A DNA stretch of 64,000 nt. It comes from Veleropilina oligotropha (Eukaryota). Location of the stretch: the NCBI GenBank assembly GCA_048128005.1, contig JBEUKZ010000009.1:372001-436000 (forward strand), read 5' to 3'. Below, one piece after another: positions 10,808 to 22,105 of the stretch (its first letter is position 1; every line of letters begins with the position of its first letter). The position numbers were made by a program, and so were the translations under genes. Below the pieces are notes generated by a model that was not told the DNA's origin, ran no database searches, and was given only the letters and a program-made list of their open reading frames with translations.

Positions 10808-13667
10808 ATAAGTGTGAACTATCATGAGTTCGAATATTGAATAAAAATATGTATTTTTACCGCATCTTTCACGCTTTTGGACATAGTCTCTGGAGCGTAA
10901 TTTCTTATATCATACTATAAGAAACTCACCTACCTTTTTTGATGTTAATCAAGTGCCATCTCATTCAAGCTTGATAAGCTATTTGATATATGTATGAACT
11001 ATCATGAGTTCGAATATTGAATGAAAACATTTATTTTTTACCACATTTTTTAACATAGTCTCTGGAGCTTCATTTCTGATCTCGTGCTATAAGAAACTCA
11101 CCTAACTTTTTCGATGTTAATCAATAGCCATCTTCTTCAAACTTCATAAGCTATTATATATAAGTATGAACTATCATGAGTTCGAATGTTGAATGAAAAT
11201 ATTTATTTTGTTCTACATTTTTTACGTTTTTGAACATGTTCTGAAGCGTCATTTCTTATCTCATGCTATAAGAAACTCACCTACCTTTATATATACTATC
11301 ATGAGTTCGAATGCTGATTGAAAATATTTATTTTTTACTACATTTTTTACGTTTTTTGAACATAGTCTCTGGAGCTGTAATAAACTCATCTAACTTTTCT
11401 ATGTTAATCAATAGCCACCTTCTTCAAACTTCATATGCTATTATATATAAGTATGAACTATCATGAGTTCGAATATAGAATGAAAAATATGTATATGTAA
11501 TTTAGTAATGAAGCAGAATCAATATCTTGAATTAACAAGGCTTCGTAAGTTATGGGATGCCTGTGCAAATGCTTTGTGCACTTTATACTTACAGTCAGCA
11601 GAATGATAGAACAACGACATCATCTTTTTCCTTTTATAATGTTTAAGAACAGATATAGTGATGAAGCATCAATGGCTTTGAACATATACCGGGGGCATCT
11701 GCAGTGTCGGTAGACACATTTCTAGTTTTCGCTGCGCATACACAAAGTTTAATTATGCCTTGAAATATTGAGGATAGAAAAGAAACAGAGATATTTTTGT
11801 AAGTCTTATGTGTGTATGATGAAAGGGACATGTGCTTATCTGTAAGACTTGCTCACTGCCAATAGGCACAGTAAGCTGTTAAGCTTAATGGTCACTCTGT
11901 GAAGCTGGGATTCTCAAAATCAGATGGATTTTGAAAACTGGCTTCCCCACTGGTTTATTCGATGGGTAACTTGAGATGGCAGTGTATATTGTCATTACAA
12001 GAACAAACTGTATCCAGTGTCTAATATCACTCTCCTCAGCTGGTCAAGGTTCAAGTCATTGTGTCCCATGACAATAGGCCGGGGTACTATGATTTTGTCA
12101 TGGTTTAGCTGCTGCAAATATAATTAATCACGAGTATATAATAATAAGATTTTGTCTTTATTTCTGTTTCTCCGAAACTTTAAGTCTTACTATAACTATA
12201 TTAGGATCAGCACTGCATAGGTAGTTCTTCTGAATTCCTGCTTTGCAAATTGAATATGTGGCCCCTTTCAAGGTAATTTAAGCCGGGGTGGGTGAGACAT
12301 AATTCTGCAGAATTTCTTGTTTTCATATTGAGAATTTCTAGCTTTCTGAAACTTTACCGATCAATTAATCACATCATTGTGTAGAATATTGGGAATTTAT
12401 TTTGAAAACTTTTAGGTTTTTCGTGATATTGAATATATAGTCTCTGGAAGCATGGATGCTGTCAATTATTTGTTCAAGTTATGAATCACAGTTGTACATA
12501 ACTGTTCCAAGAGGGCGGGCTTTCCTCCCGCGATAATACGAACATGTCCTGGTTTGAACCTAAATAAGTTGTAAATATACAGGACAATAAGCATTGATCC
12601 TTTCCTTTTTCCTTTTGGAATATGGGAAATGTTTTTTGTAAATTGATGGATTTTTTGGCAATTTTATACATAGTCTCTGCAAGCATGGATGTGGTATATT
12701 TTCTCACATGCCCTTAGTTCATTTACAGAGGTGCTAGCTTTCTGAAACTTTACAGATCAACTAACCCCATCATGGGGTAGATCAAGTTCAAATATTGGGG
12801 ATTTTTTTAAACCTTCAAGGCTTGATTTAATGCTGAATTTTGCTGATTTAAAACATAGTCTCTGCAAGTATGAAATTTATCAATTTTCTCACAACTAAAT
12901 TTTCCATTAAGAAAAATGTTAGCTTTCTGAAACTTCACAGACCAACTAACCACAATGTGGTAATGGGATGGATCAGGTCCGAATAATGAGAATTATTTAA
13001 TTAATTTACTTAAATATTTACACTTAGTCTCTGGGTGCATGATCTATGTCTTTAGCCTCTGGTGGCAGGAAATCTTGCTTAAAATTAATGAATTCTCATT
13101 GAGTTACTGAAGAAACAGCGGGCAAAAATATATATGTGGTCAATAATACGGGCGGGGGACAATCGCCACGTAGTGGCAATCCCTTGTTATATATAGGTAG
13201 GTCTCACATTGCTTCTGAGACCACTGATCACTCTATCTATAAATGATAGGATTTATAAAACATATTTTGCATATAAATTCAAAATGGAAACCACTGCAAA
13301 ACTCCCATTAACTGTTTGAGTTTCCGATGTGCCAGAATCCACAATAGTATAATGATTATGATATAATACAGTACAAGGCTTGAGCCTATCAAAGAAATAT
13401 CACCTATTGTCCGAAGATGAAAGGTTGAGCAGTTATAGAATTTGAATTTCATTTATATTCAACCATGACTGATAAACTCATTTTGAGTCTCATGTCGGTT
13501 GAATCTGAGTCTTTTATTGTTTGTGAGGGCGAGTTACGGTAACTGTATGCTTAGTTAAATATATTATTCCACGATGTCATTTTGATACAGACCTAATTCT
13601 TGTTTTGTGGAGACTTTTGCTTGACATACTTGTAGACCTTTTGGTAACAAGAATGTTCGTGTTGCAG

Positions 13668-13846
13668 GACCAACAGCGTCGTCAATCACTTTCCACAAGA
13701 GGTGCAGTCGATGCTCACCAACTACAGCGATATGTACGGCCGCTCAGGGATATATCTACCCAGCATCTTCACGTATCTACCCAACCTCGTGGGTCATCCA
13801 GAGAGCATGGTACCGGCGTACAAGGCATCCAAGAACCGATTTGGAG
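13668..13846 (+). CDS. MGAT4: MGAT4A/B-like GnT-IV, first visible coding exon
   Basis: ttgcag|...|gtatg splice sites. Translates TNSVVNHFPQEVQSMLTNYSDMYGRSGIYLPSIFTYLPNLVGHPESMVPAYKASKNRFG, like the LP..Y.LPHL...SL.PA..G..R.G stem of MGAT4. Phase matches the next exon. Confidence 0.85.
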
Positions 13847-14752
13847 GTATGCATGTTTAACTTGTAGCTCATTGTTGTGAAGACCAAGAGAACTTCTTAT
13901 ATGGTGGTGCATAGTCCATATCGGCACGTGTACTCCATTGGAAATAGGCACATGAACAACAGACCTTCACAGGCTTGTTTGACACCATCTATAGTTGCAT
14001 ATGGCCATGGCCATTCTCCATTCAAGATGGCTGTTCACAAAATTTATAGACATCTTCCAAAATACAAATACCAATTAATAGTTCAAATTTTGGCTGAAGG
14101 CAAATAATATAAAATTGAACTTATTACATATGTGTTATGTGTGCCTAGAAGCCTAGAATTCTATCGTCAAGCATTTCCGATGTCTCACTCATACTGCTTA
14201 ACTCTTTGGCCCTAGGTGGCAGGAAATCCTGCCCAATTGTCATTGAGTTAATGAATAAACAAAGATAATCATTATGGAAGTCTCCGCCGGTATGTTGAAT
14301 GCAATTTTCAGAATTTTGTCTCACCTTCCTTAAAACAGCTGAACTTGAGCACCACAAAATGACATAGTTTGTCAAATTTAGACCATGTACCTGGTGCTCA
14401 CTCAATAAAACAAGGTTGTTTGCATTTGTCAATAATACATGATCGATGTTTGCGTATTCAAGTTCCAATTACTCTAGATCAATAACCCATAATGGACTGC
14501 TTGACTGTGTTGACCTGTTGTATACTTAGTGAACAGCGACGTGCATAGGAACCGTCAACCAAATTGATCCAGGTTGTACAGGATATACTTTTCATTGTCA
14601 TGGTCGCTATGAGTTTCAGTGCTCCTCAAATATTGATAACTTGGCCCACATCTGTGTATTAAGGAGATTATATAGCGTGTTTTGTGGTCATGTAAATGAA
14701 CATGACCATAGCTGTTTACCAGCAAAATTAATACTCCAATTAAACAGAATCA

Positions 14753-16298
14753 TTTACCCTCGCCTATGGAGGAGGTGCAAGGGTATTGCAACAATATCTA
14801 AAAAACTATTTATCTGAAATTTGCATACAAGATTATTATTACCGGTATATGGGATAGTGTGTACCCATGGATAGTGTGTACCCATGGATAGTGTGTACCC
14901 ATGGATTGGGCCTCCTCCAAGATGATCCAGATCCGCATGTTTTATCTCAATTTCTGATTTATAGGTTTTCGGCTCTAGCGTTAAAAATTCTTCATCGAAC
15001 AAATTTCAAATTAGGCTCAAAATTGTGAATTACTACGATCTACATTAAACAAGATGGTTGCCTTAAAGGGTAACTGTAATCGTTGCCTACAGCTTACGTG
15101 TACGAATGAAAGGGTGTGATAGAGAAAATTTATTTAATAAGTTTCATCGTGCTGCAGGCTCCATATTGGTCACTCTACTACATTTCAGTGTTCATATTTA
15201 AAACTTGTTCGCCGACATGTTGTCTTCTTCACTGCTACGAAATGACGTCAAGTCGTTGAATTCATTTTGCTTAAGTTCATTGCTAAGATTGCGAAACCGC
15301 GTCCCTCAGAATTGGACTGCACGCGTGGCAGTTTCTACACGACCGGGCGACCTTTTGCGCTCCCGCTACCTTGTGAAGTTGCCGTGAAGTTTATATTGGT
15401 CTATTCACAAATCATGTTTCTAGTGAGTATCAGTAAAATTGTTAACTATAACTGTTTGTTGTTACATGCAGTAGCCACATTTGCGTAACCCGTAAACATA
15501 TGGGTCAATCTATAAGCGTGTTAGATTGTCACGTGATACGCATATTTTAATATCAACACCGAAGGAACAATGGGATTTATCGTGAAAGCAACGCGCTCTA
15601 GATAAATAATTAAAAAGATATTTTATTTAATGACAACATTTAACATAATTGCACACAAAATCTGAAGTGAATTGAACCCAAACAAGCTGTGCGTTCGAGA
15701 GATAATTAATCGTATTTCCATAACGCATCGGCGGCATTGTAGGTCAACAGAAGACCATGCCGTTACATTTATATGCGATGGTAGGCCTACAATACAACTT
15801 TATACTTAAATAGCAATAAAAAGTATTTATTTGTTCGTGTAAATAGATACGATATGTCACGCAGTTGTTTACGTGTTAGCATATTATACTTGCATGTGTC
15901 GCATTTGGCTATATGACACTAGTAAACAAAGGGAATCAACGACTTGACGTCACTTCCTAGATGCCATTAGTAAACACCAGTCTAGCGTGGGGCAGGTTTA
16001 CAGACGATAGCAATCAATGTTCTAGGCCCACATTTATTTGCAAATTGTATGAAAAGCTTTATTTGGTGTTGATAAAACACTAAAGCAACGAATTAACACC
16101 ATTACAGTTGCCCTTTAAGGTGGGGGGGGGGGGGGGGGGGGGGGGAATTGGTGAAATATTGGCCACATTTTTTAACTTCCACAAATCGAATGAAATTACA
16201 ACAATTTTAAAATGCATTTGGTAATCATGTTGCTATTGTGATAATATCAACCCAAAATGCAAAAGGCGAGGGTATACATGCAGTCTCCGATTGCCTTG
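14753..16298 (+). mobile_element. HINE-like element interrupted by a TTAA MITE
   Basis: taccctcgcct / aggcgagggta IR, 3' hairpin gcagtc..gattgc and CTTG|TT end. Confidence 0.55.
15067..16114. mobile_element. Non-autonomous TTAA-target DNA transposon (Kolobok-type termini)
   Basis: TTAA|agggtaactgtaat ... attacagttgccct|TTAA: 14-bp TIR with one mismatch and AG termini. Confidence 0.7.
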
Positions 16299-16343
16299 TT
16301 TGTGATATTTGTTGTGATTACTATAGATTGGCTCATTTTGCAG

Positions 16344-16477
16344 TGTCCATCGTCATCGGTATACCGCATATCAAGCGCGAAAAGACCAACTACTTGATAC
16401 CCACGTTGAAGTCCCTGGTCGATGGGCTAAACCAGGAAGAAAAGGAGGACTGTCTAATTGTGGTGTTCATCGCCGAG
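16344..16477 (+). CDS. MGAT4: MGAT4-like exon
   Basis: cag|tg..gag|gtaag; [45 protein letters not shown]. Confidence 0.95.
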
Positions 16478-17265
16478 GTAAGATGGCCACCAAATAATAT
16501 TGCATTAAATTGAACAAAATGTGATGAATTTTCTATGACATTAATATTGGTATCTTGTACTATTGCATTCGGATTTGTACAGACCATGAGAGCTAATATA
16601 TTTATGATCGCGCCTCGTCTGAAGTTTGTGATTAGTTTACGTTTTATGTTATTATTACTCTTTCAAATTGGCAGAGTGCAAAGTCATCTTGGACTTTCAC
16701 AGGCTTAATTTTTCGGCTTCATGTACAGACCTAAATGTACTAATCAAAATTCTGGGCCATTTGATATTCAAAATGGCCGCCATATACGAACTTTGTCTCC
16801 AAGCAGCAAGGAACATGATGGTGATCTTCACACGCTTGTTTGGTATCATCTCTAGTTGGTCCTAAAGGAAATTCTGAACCTTCAGCTATATATTCAAAAT
16901 GGCATCAAAGGTGGCCATTTTGAAGGTTCTTGTTATCACTATTCTTAAAAATTTCTATTGACACGAGAACTCCAATATGGTGCAATGAGTACATATATCC
17001 TCTAGTTTATCAAGATGAAATCGTGGTCAAGTTTTTTTTGGTGTCGCTACTTCTCCAAAGTGACAGGGACAACATTAACATGGGACCCTAGCTCACACTG
17101 TCACAGGCTTTTGAACATCGATCTTCTCTAGTCTCATTTAATAAGGATCAATGGATATTTTTTAAATTCTACTCACGTTTGTTACTTATATAAATTTGTA
17201 GAGAAAATAATAGATAGCAGCTCTCATTGGAAATATGATACAAAACACGTAAAGGTGAGCATATA

Positions 17266-17611
17266 CAGGGTGTTTCAAAAGTATATGTCACATATGGACT
17301 CTTCATATATCTATAATTACTGAAGATATAAAAACACTACTTATATCTTATGAAAGCTAATATTAAGTTTCAAGTACAAAAAATTTGAACTCAAAAGTCC
17401 AAGAAATATCGGTTACACGGCACACATCCAAACGATAGTCCATTTCTTGCCACACGCACACAAGCATATCGTGGTCGACAGTAGCCAAGGCTTCAGTTAT
17501 TCGAGTCTTCATGCCTTCAGCTTTAAAATGGTACCAGTTTCATTTTGCTACCATTTGTAGTTCCCGAGATATGAGTACTTAGTATGTGACATATACTTTT
17601 GAAACACCCTG
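17266..17611 (-). mobile_element. Tc1/mariner deletion derivative (MITE) with transposase C-terminal relic
   Basis: TA-flanked perfect 29-bp TIR cagggtgtttcaaaagtatatgtcacata. Minus strand 17521-17411 reads AEGMKTRITEALATVDHDMLVCVWQEMDYRLDVCRVT. Confidence 0.85.
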
Positions 17612-18714
17612 TATATCATTCATAATGTTGGAAGTGTTTTAATTGTCAGAGCTTTAATGATAAGTGCCTATTATAAAAGTCATTGCCTATTGAAACGCAT
17701 TGGACTCTTCGTGAATATATTTGGTCACGGCATTACCTCTTAAGTAAGGATATAAGAATATTTGTACCTCTGATGACCCTGTTTATCGATCTGAATTGGG
17801 CACCTGCTTTGCGGTGACAGATGTTGTCAGTATTCTATTATGGCACTTTCTGCATGTTTGATTGTAATGGTAAGCATTACTTACGTCATTGTGAATTATG
17901 TTATGACATTGGTTTGCCTAATTAATACCCTTTTACAGCATTAGTGTACATATCTGGTATTGATTTGTATGTCATTATAAAGGATTACGTTATGAAATCA
18001 ATTACTAACCAAGTACATACATATTTAATATCAATTCAAATCTATTTATCATGTGCTATTCCATTACACGACAGCCTCGTTACAACGCACCTCGGTATAG
18101 CGCGGAATCGGTTCTAACGCGGGGCTAACCATGCATGGCCCCCAAAATGTTCTTTTTTTTTAAAATTATCCTAAACTGAACTTGCATCGAGGTAATTAGA
18201 TTACAGTGTGGATTTTCTTAAGTAGTTTTGGGGTCGTCAATAGAAATTGTATCTAACACAGATGCAAAAGCCAAATGTATATATTACTTGTTGAAGATTC
18301 AATAAAATTATTATAAATCTCGCAATCCAATTAATTTAAGTGAATCCCGAAGTCAATCCTTTACGGTATTGAACAGTGGATGCATTGTCAATTGAATTGT
18401 TTTGTTTTATTTCATTCGCAAATTCGAAACTACAGGGAAGTCCCACCCTTTGAATCAAATATGAGTTACAATTAAGCTTAAATACCTTTTGTGTTCTTTA
18501 TTCAACTCTCTACAGTAAAAATAGCCGTGAATGTAATCAGCATTATACAAATGAAAGTTAACGCGTCCGCCATTTTACAACTTTCTCGTGATGCGTGCAA
18601 AATTAATAAAAGTAGTGCTGTTCTTTTTAATTCTTAGCTATAGATTACAGTATTTTATATAAAAATAAAATGACAAATTTGGTCTCGAGATTTTCATTTT
18701 AAAACGCCTCTTAA

Positions 18715-21120
18715 CTCTTTCACTGCCCAGACCCATTCATAATATTATTCCCAAATTGCCCAGCTTTTGGTGTTTTTAATAATTCTGTCAAAAATAAACT
18801 AAGTATGTTATACTTACCAATCTTTCATTAAATGTTCTTTGACACCTTCTCTGAATGTTTTATTGTCAATAATATTTATTTACAGAATGATATATATGAA
18901 AACAGTCTCCTGCACAAAGGGGTATTTCGCACTTTATGTAATATTTGCGTGTATCCCTTCTGACACCTCTCCTTTTGCAGACTCTGCAGTTCCTTTGAAC
19001 ATTGGTGCAAGTTGGTGATGGTGGAAAGGTCTCCTGTCTGTGAACTTTAAATCCACCAACCAGCCTATCTGTTGGGTCATTCTTTGGAGCCCTGGGGGGT
19101 GGGGGTGGCAGTGGCGGTGGTGCTTCACCGTCCGAATCCGACTCATCACTGTTGTCATCTGCAGCTCGATCGGTTTCCGTCAAACCTTTCACCACAGATA
19201 ATTGAAAATCCAACAGAGATATATTTTTCTCTGGATGTGCCATGTTGTACAGAATAAGAGCATTGTGAAGGGCAAGTTCAATGAAATAGAATAGCAGTTT
19301 CTTTGGCCACTTCACAGTCTTTCTGACGGAGGGGTAATAAGACAGCATCTGATCTACTCTATCAACCCCTGACATAAACTGATTGTACTCAGTGACACAC
19401 AGCGGCTTATTTACATCATTATATCCGCCACCTCTTCTCCTGATTTGAACATTTTGCATAGCAGCATCATGCTTGGTGCTGATGACCCTAACTGTTCTGT
19501 TATCCTGCCATTCCAACACCATGCAGCGACCATTATCCCTGGCAACGACATCTCCCTTTGCCATCCGATGAATCCCATCCCCGGCTACTCGAACAACAGT
19601 TGGTTCTCCACGATTTTTCCTGAGAGTTCCAACAGTGTAGGTATCTACATCAAGAAGGACCTCGCTGAGGACCACAGAGTTGTAATAGTTGTCCATGTAA
19701 AGTGATCGGTGTACTCCAGTCAAACGACCAAGCAACAAGAAGACTGTCTCATGAATTGTGTGTGCAACACCATCATATATTATAATTTTCCAACAGTAGG
19801 CATTTCTTGAATCAGCAAGGATATATCCATTTATCCCATATTTGATGGGCTTATTTGGATTGTAGACACGGAATGCCAATCGCCCTTTCCATTCCCTCAT
19901 CAATAGAGATTTCTCCACCTGGTTCATAAAGTTCCTTGAACTTTTGAACAACGTAGTCATACACAGGGCAAACTTTGTACAGTTTGTCTTCATCATTCTG
20001 AGGCCTAGCTTCATTATCGTTGCAATGTAAGAACTTCATAATCAACTGAAACTTGTTCCTTGACATCTTCGAATTGAATAATGGGGTCTTTATCATTTCA
20101 TTTGTAGACCAAAATAATGTTATCTCTGGTTTCCTTATGATCCCAGTCAAAATTACAAGGCCTAGAAACACCTTGAGGTCCAGCATTGTTATATCTTTCC
20201 ATCTCTTAGCCCTGGCAAAAGGAGATAATTCAGCACTGGCAAGATATTGCTGAGCATAACGATTACTCTCATCAAGGATAATCTGTAAAACTTTGTCAGT
20301 GAAAATAAGTGCAAAAAAATCCAGTGGGGAATTATCATCATTCATGTTTGCTGCATCACCGCTGCGACCAGGAGTACCCCCAAAGGGGTTGGCAACCATT
20401 TGGCGATTAGCTGGGCCCCAAACTGCATCATTATCAGCTTGCCTTTGGTTAGCAGGTTGTGGTTGCGCCCTTTGCCGACCCCTACCACGCATATGCCCTC
20501 TAGGACGTGCACGACCCCTAGCATGACCTGTCGACGTTGGGTACTCTCCTCTCACCCTCTCCTTCACTCTTATGACAGGCTCATCATTATCTGCACTATC
20601 AGAATAATAATGACTGCTCAGTGTTGTTCGCTATTGTTATAAACACACGGTGCAGTACTATTACTGTCAGCTTCATTTGAAACTCTCTCCTCATCTTCGT
20701 TGTCGGTCAAAGTTTGACTCAAACTATCTTCAAAGTCACGTTCTACATCTGATTGACTTGAAAAATAATCCCTCCCACTGTCAGAATCAGCAATATAGTC
20801 GATAACTTCCTCAAGAGTAAACCACATGGTTTTACTAGCGCCTGCCATTATTGTAATGTTATGTACGAAAAAATGGGAATTCCCACTTTCTATTTATGTC
20901 ATTGCAATACCGAGAATAACTCCGGAAAGCACTGCATGACCAAAATAGAAGCAGACAGTCATTTCAACTACGTTGAGAATACGTCAGAACAGGTCAGTGA
21001 TAGCAGCGCCATCTTAGAATGGCCTATGTAATGAGAACAAAATTGATCGTAAAAGTACGAGTTGGGCGATTTGGGGTATGTTTGATAGATCGTAGATGTA
21101 CGACTTTGGCAGTGAAAGAG
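18715..21120 (-). mobile_element. piggyBac transposon, full length
   Basis: TTAA at 18711-18714 and 21121-21124, perfect 13-bp TIR ctctttcactgcc / ggcagtgaaagag, internal transposase. Confidence 0.95.
18866..20848 (-). pseudogene. piggyBac transposase (PGBD4-like), broken by at least two frameshifts
   Basis: Three ORF pieces (20618-20848, 19851-20567, 18866-20014): acidic N-terminus, MSRNKFQLIMKFLH, SIDE|WKGRL..NKPIKYG, YMDNYYNS, YNQFMSGVDRVDQ, C-terminal Cys-rich domain. Confidence 0.92.
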
Positions 21121-22105
21121 TTAAATTTGATTCATTTGTGCGGGAACAATATGCGAGTTTTAACACATCGCTTGTATTGGGAAGAGCAAACTAGGCTTCT
21201 TGTCGAAGTTAATACCGTGGAAAGTTGGGCACGGTCGAAGTTGGCAGTACCCAAGTTAACTTTGGAATTGCCCAAGTTAGAAGTTCGGCTGCAAAAGCGC
21301 CAACTACATTGATCTCTAGAATCGAAAGTTACTTTCAATTGGCTTTGTCGCACTGAATACAGGACAGGAGAAATAAATTACACCAGGCATTGAAAACAAT
21401 TGACAGTCAATGCGATCATGAATGTAATCATAAGGCGTTAAAGAAAGTGGAACAATTAGCCAGATTCAATAGCTATAGGAATCGAGCAGCGATGCATGAC
21501 AATGGCAAAGAGCTAATTAGACACGTGCCGCTTGTCGGAGTTTTACCAAATGGAAAATAAATAGGCCTACAAGTGCGTAGATTTATATGAGATAATTTAT
21601 TAACAACATATATTAGATACATATTTATGAACATACATTTGTATTGTATTTACTAAACAATGCTTATCAATTAACTCCGATGGTACTATTAATTTATTGC
21701 GATGCATCGTCGTTGTAAATTTTTTATACAACTTTCCTATAACGCGGTCCCGATATTTTGGACCCCAAAGACCGCGTTATATCGAGGCTGTAGTGTATAT
21801 ATGTATACCCATTAAGTTGAGAAGATCTTCGAACATTAAAGAGACTATTGCCCGTAAATTCAGGAGTTGGCCTGAATCCCTCTATCGCACGGTGCAGATT
21901 GATACAAATTTCGCGAAGATATGATCGATATATGATCAAATGATAGACTATTGTTGAAATTATTATTGTAACTGTGCAATATATGTTATTGTCAAGTAGA
22001 AAGCTATATTACTTGACGAGCAGGAACCAACGCAACTGTGCTCCAACTAGGTCAATTGGAAATGATCTCGGTGCGAGGTAATTAAATGTGGACCGCGTTT
22101 TATTA

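Larger units (their letters stand above)
9509..11725 (+). mobile_element. HINE-like element with tandem core repeats, nested in 9211-12319
   Basis: atgcccccgg / ccgggggcat IR, 5' hairpin, GTCC tract, repeated core (aactatcatgagttcgaat...), 3' hairpin gtgtc..gacac plus CTAG. Confidence 0.7.
9211..12319 (+). mobile_element. HINE-like element nested in 8961-13186
   Basis: tgtctcgccca / tgggtgagaca IR, 3' palindrome aattctgcagaatt, CTTG|TT end. Confidence 0.55.
8961..13186 (+). mobile_element. HINE-like element (outer shell of a nested cluster)
   Basis: ttgtcccccgcc (8961) / ggcgggggacaa (13151) perfect IR, GTCC microsatellite, 3' hairpin gccac..gtggc and CTTG|TT end. Confidence 0.65.
18067..21795. 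mobile_element. Tigger/pogo-like non-autonomous element hosting the piggyBac
   Basis: TA|cacgacagcctcgttacaacgc ... gcgttatatcgaggctgtagtg|TA imperfect TIRs with subterminal tataacgcgg repeats. Confidence 0.7.

Noticed and set aside
13605..13880. ORF-track 91-aa protein
   Set aside because: Wrong frame; the MGAT4 exon at 13668-13846 is read in another frame.
14145..14468. Minus ORF faintly like RT (LLxADDLVLLSE) and a mariner C-terminus
   Set aside because: Catalytic residues are absent and similarity is too weak to call by eye.
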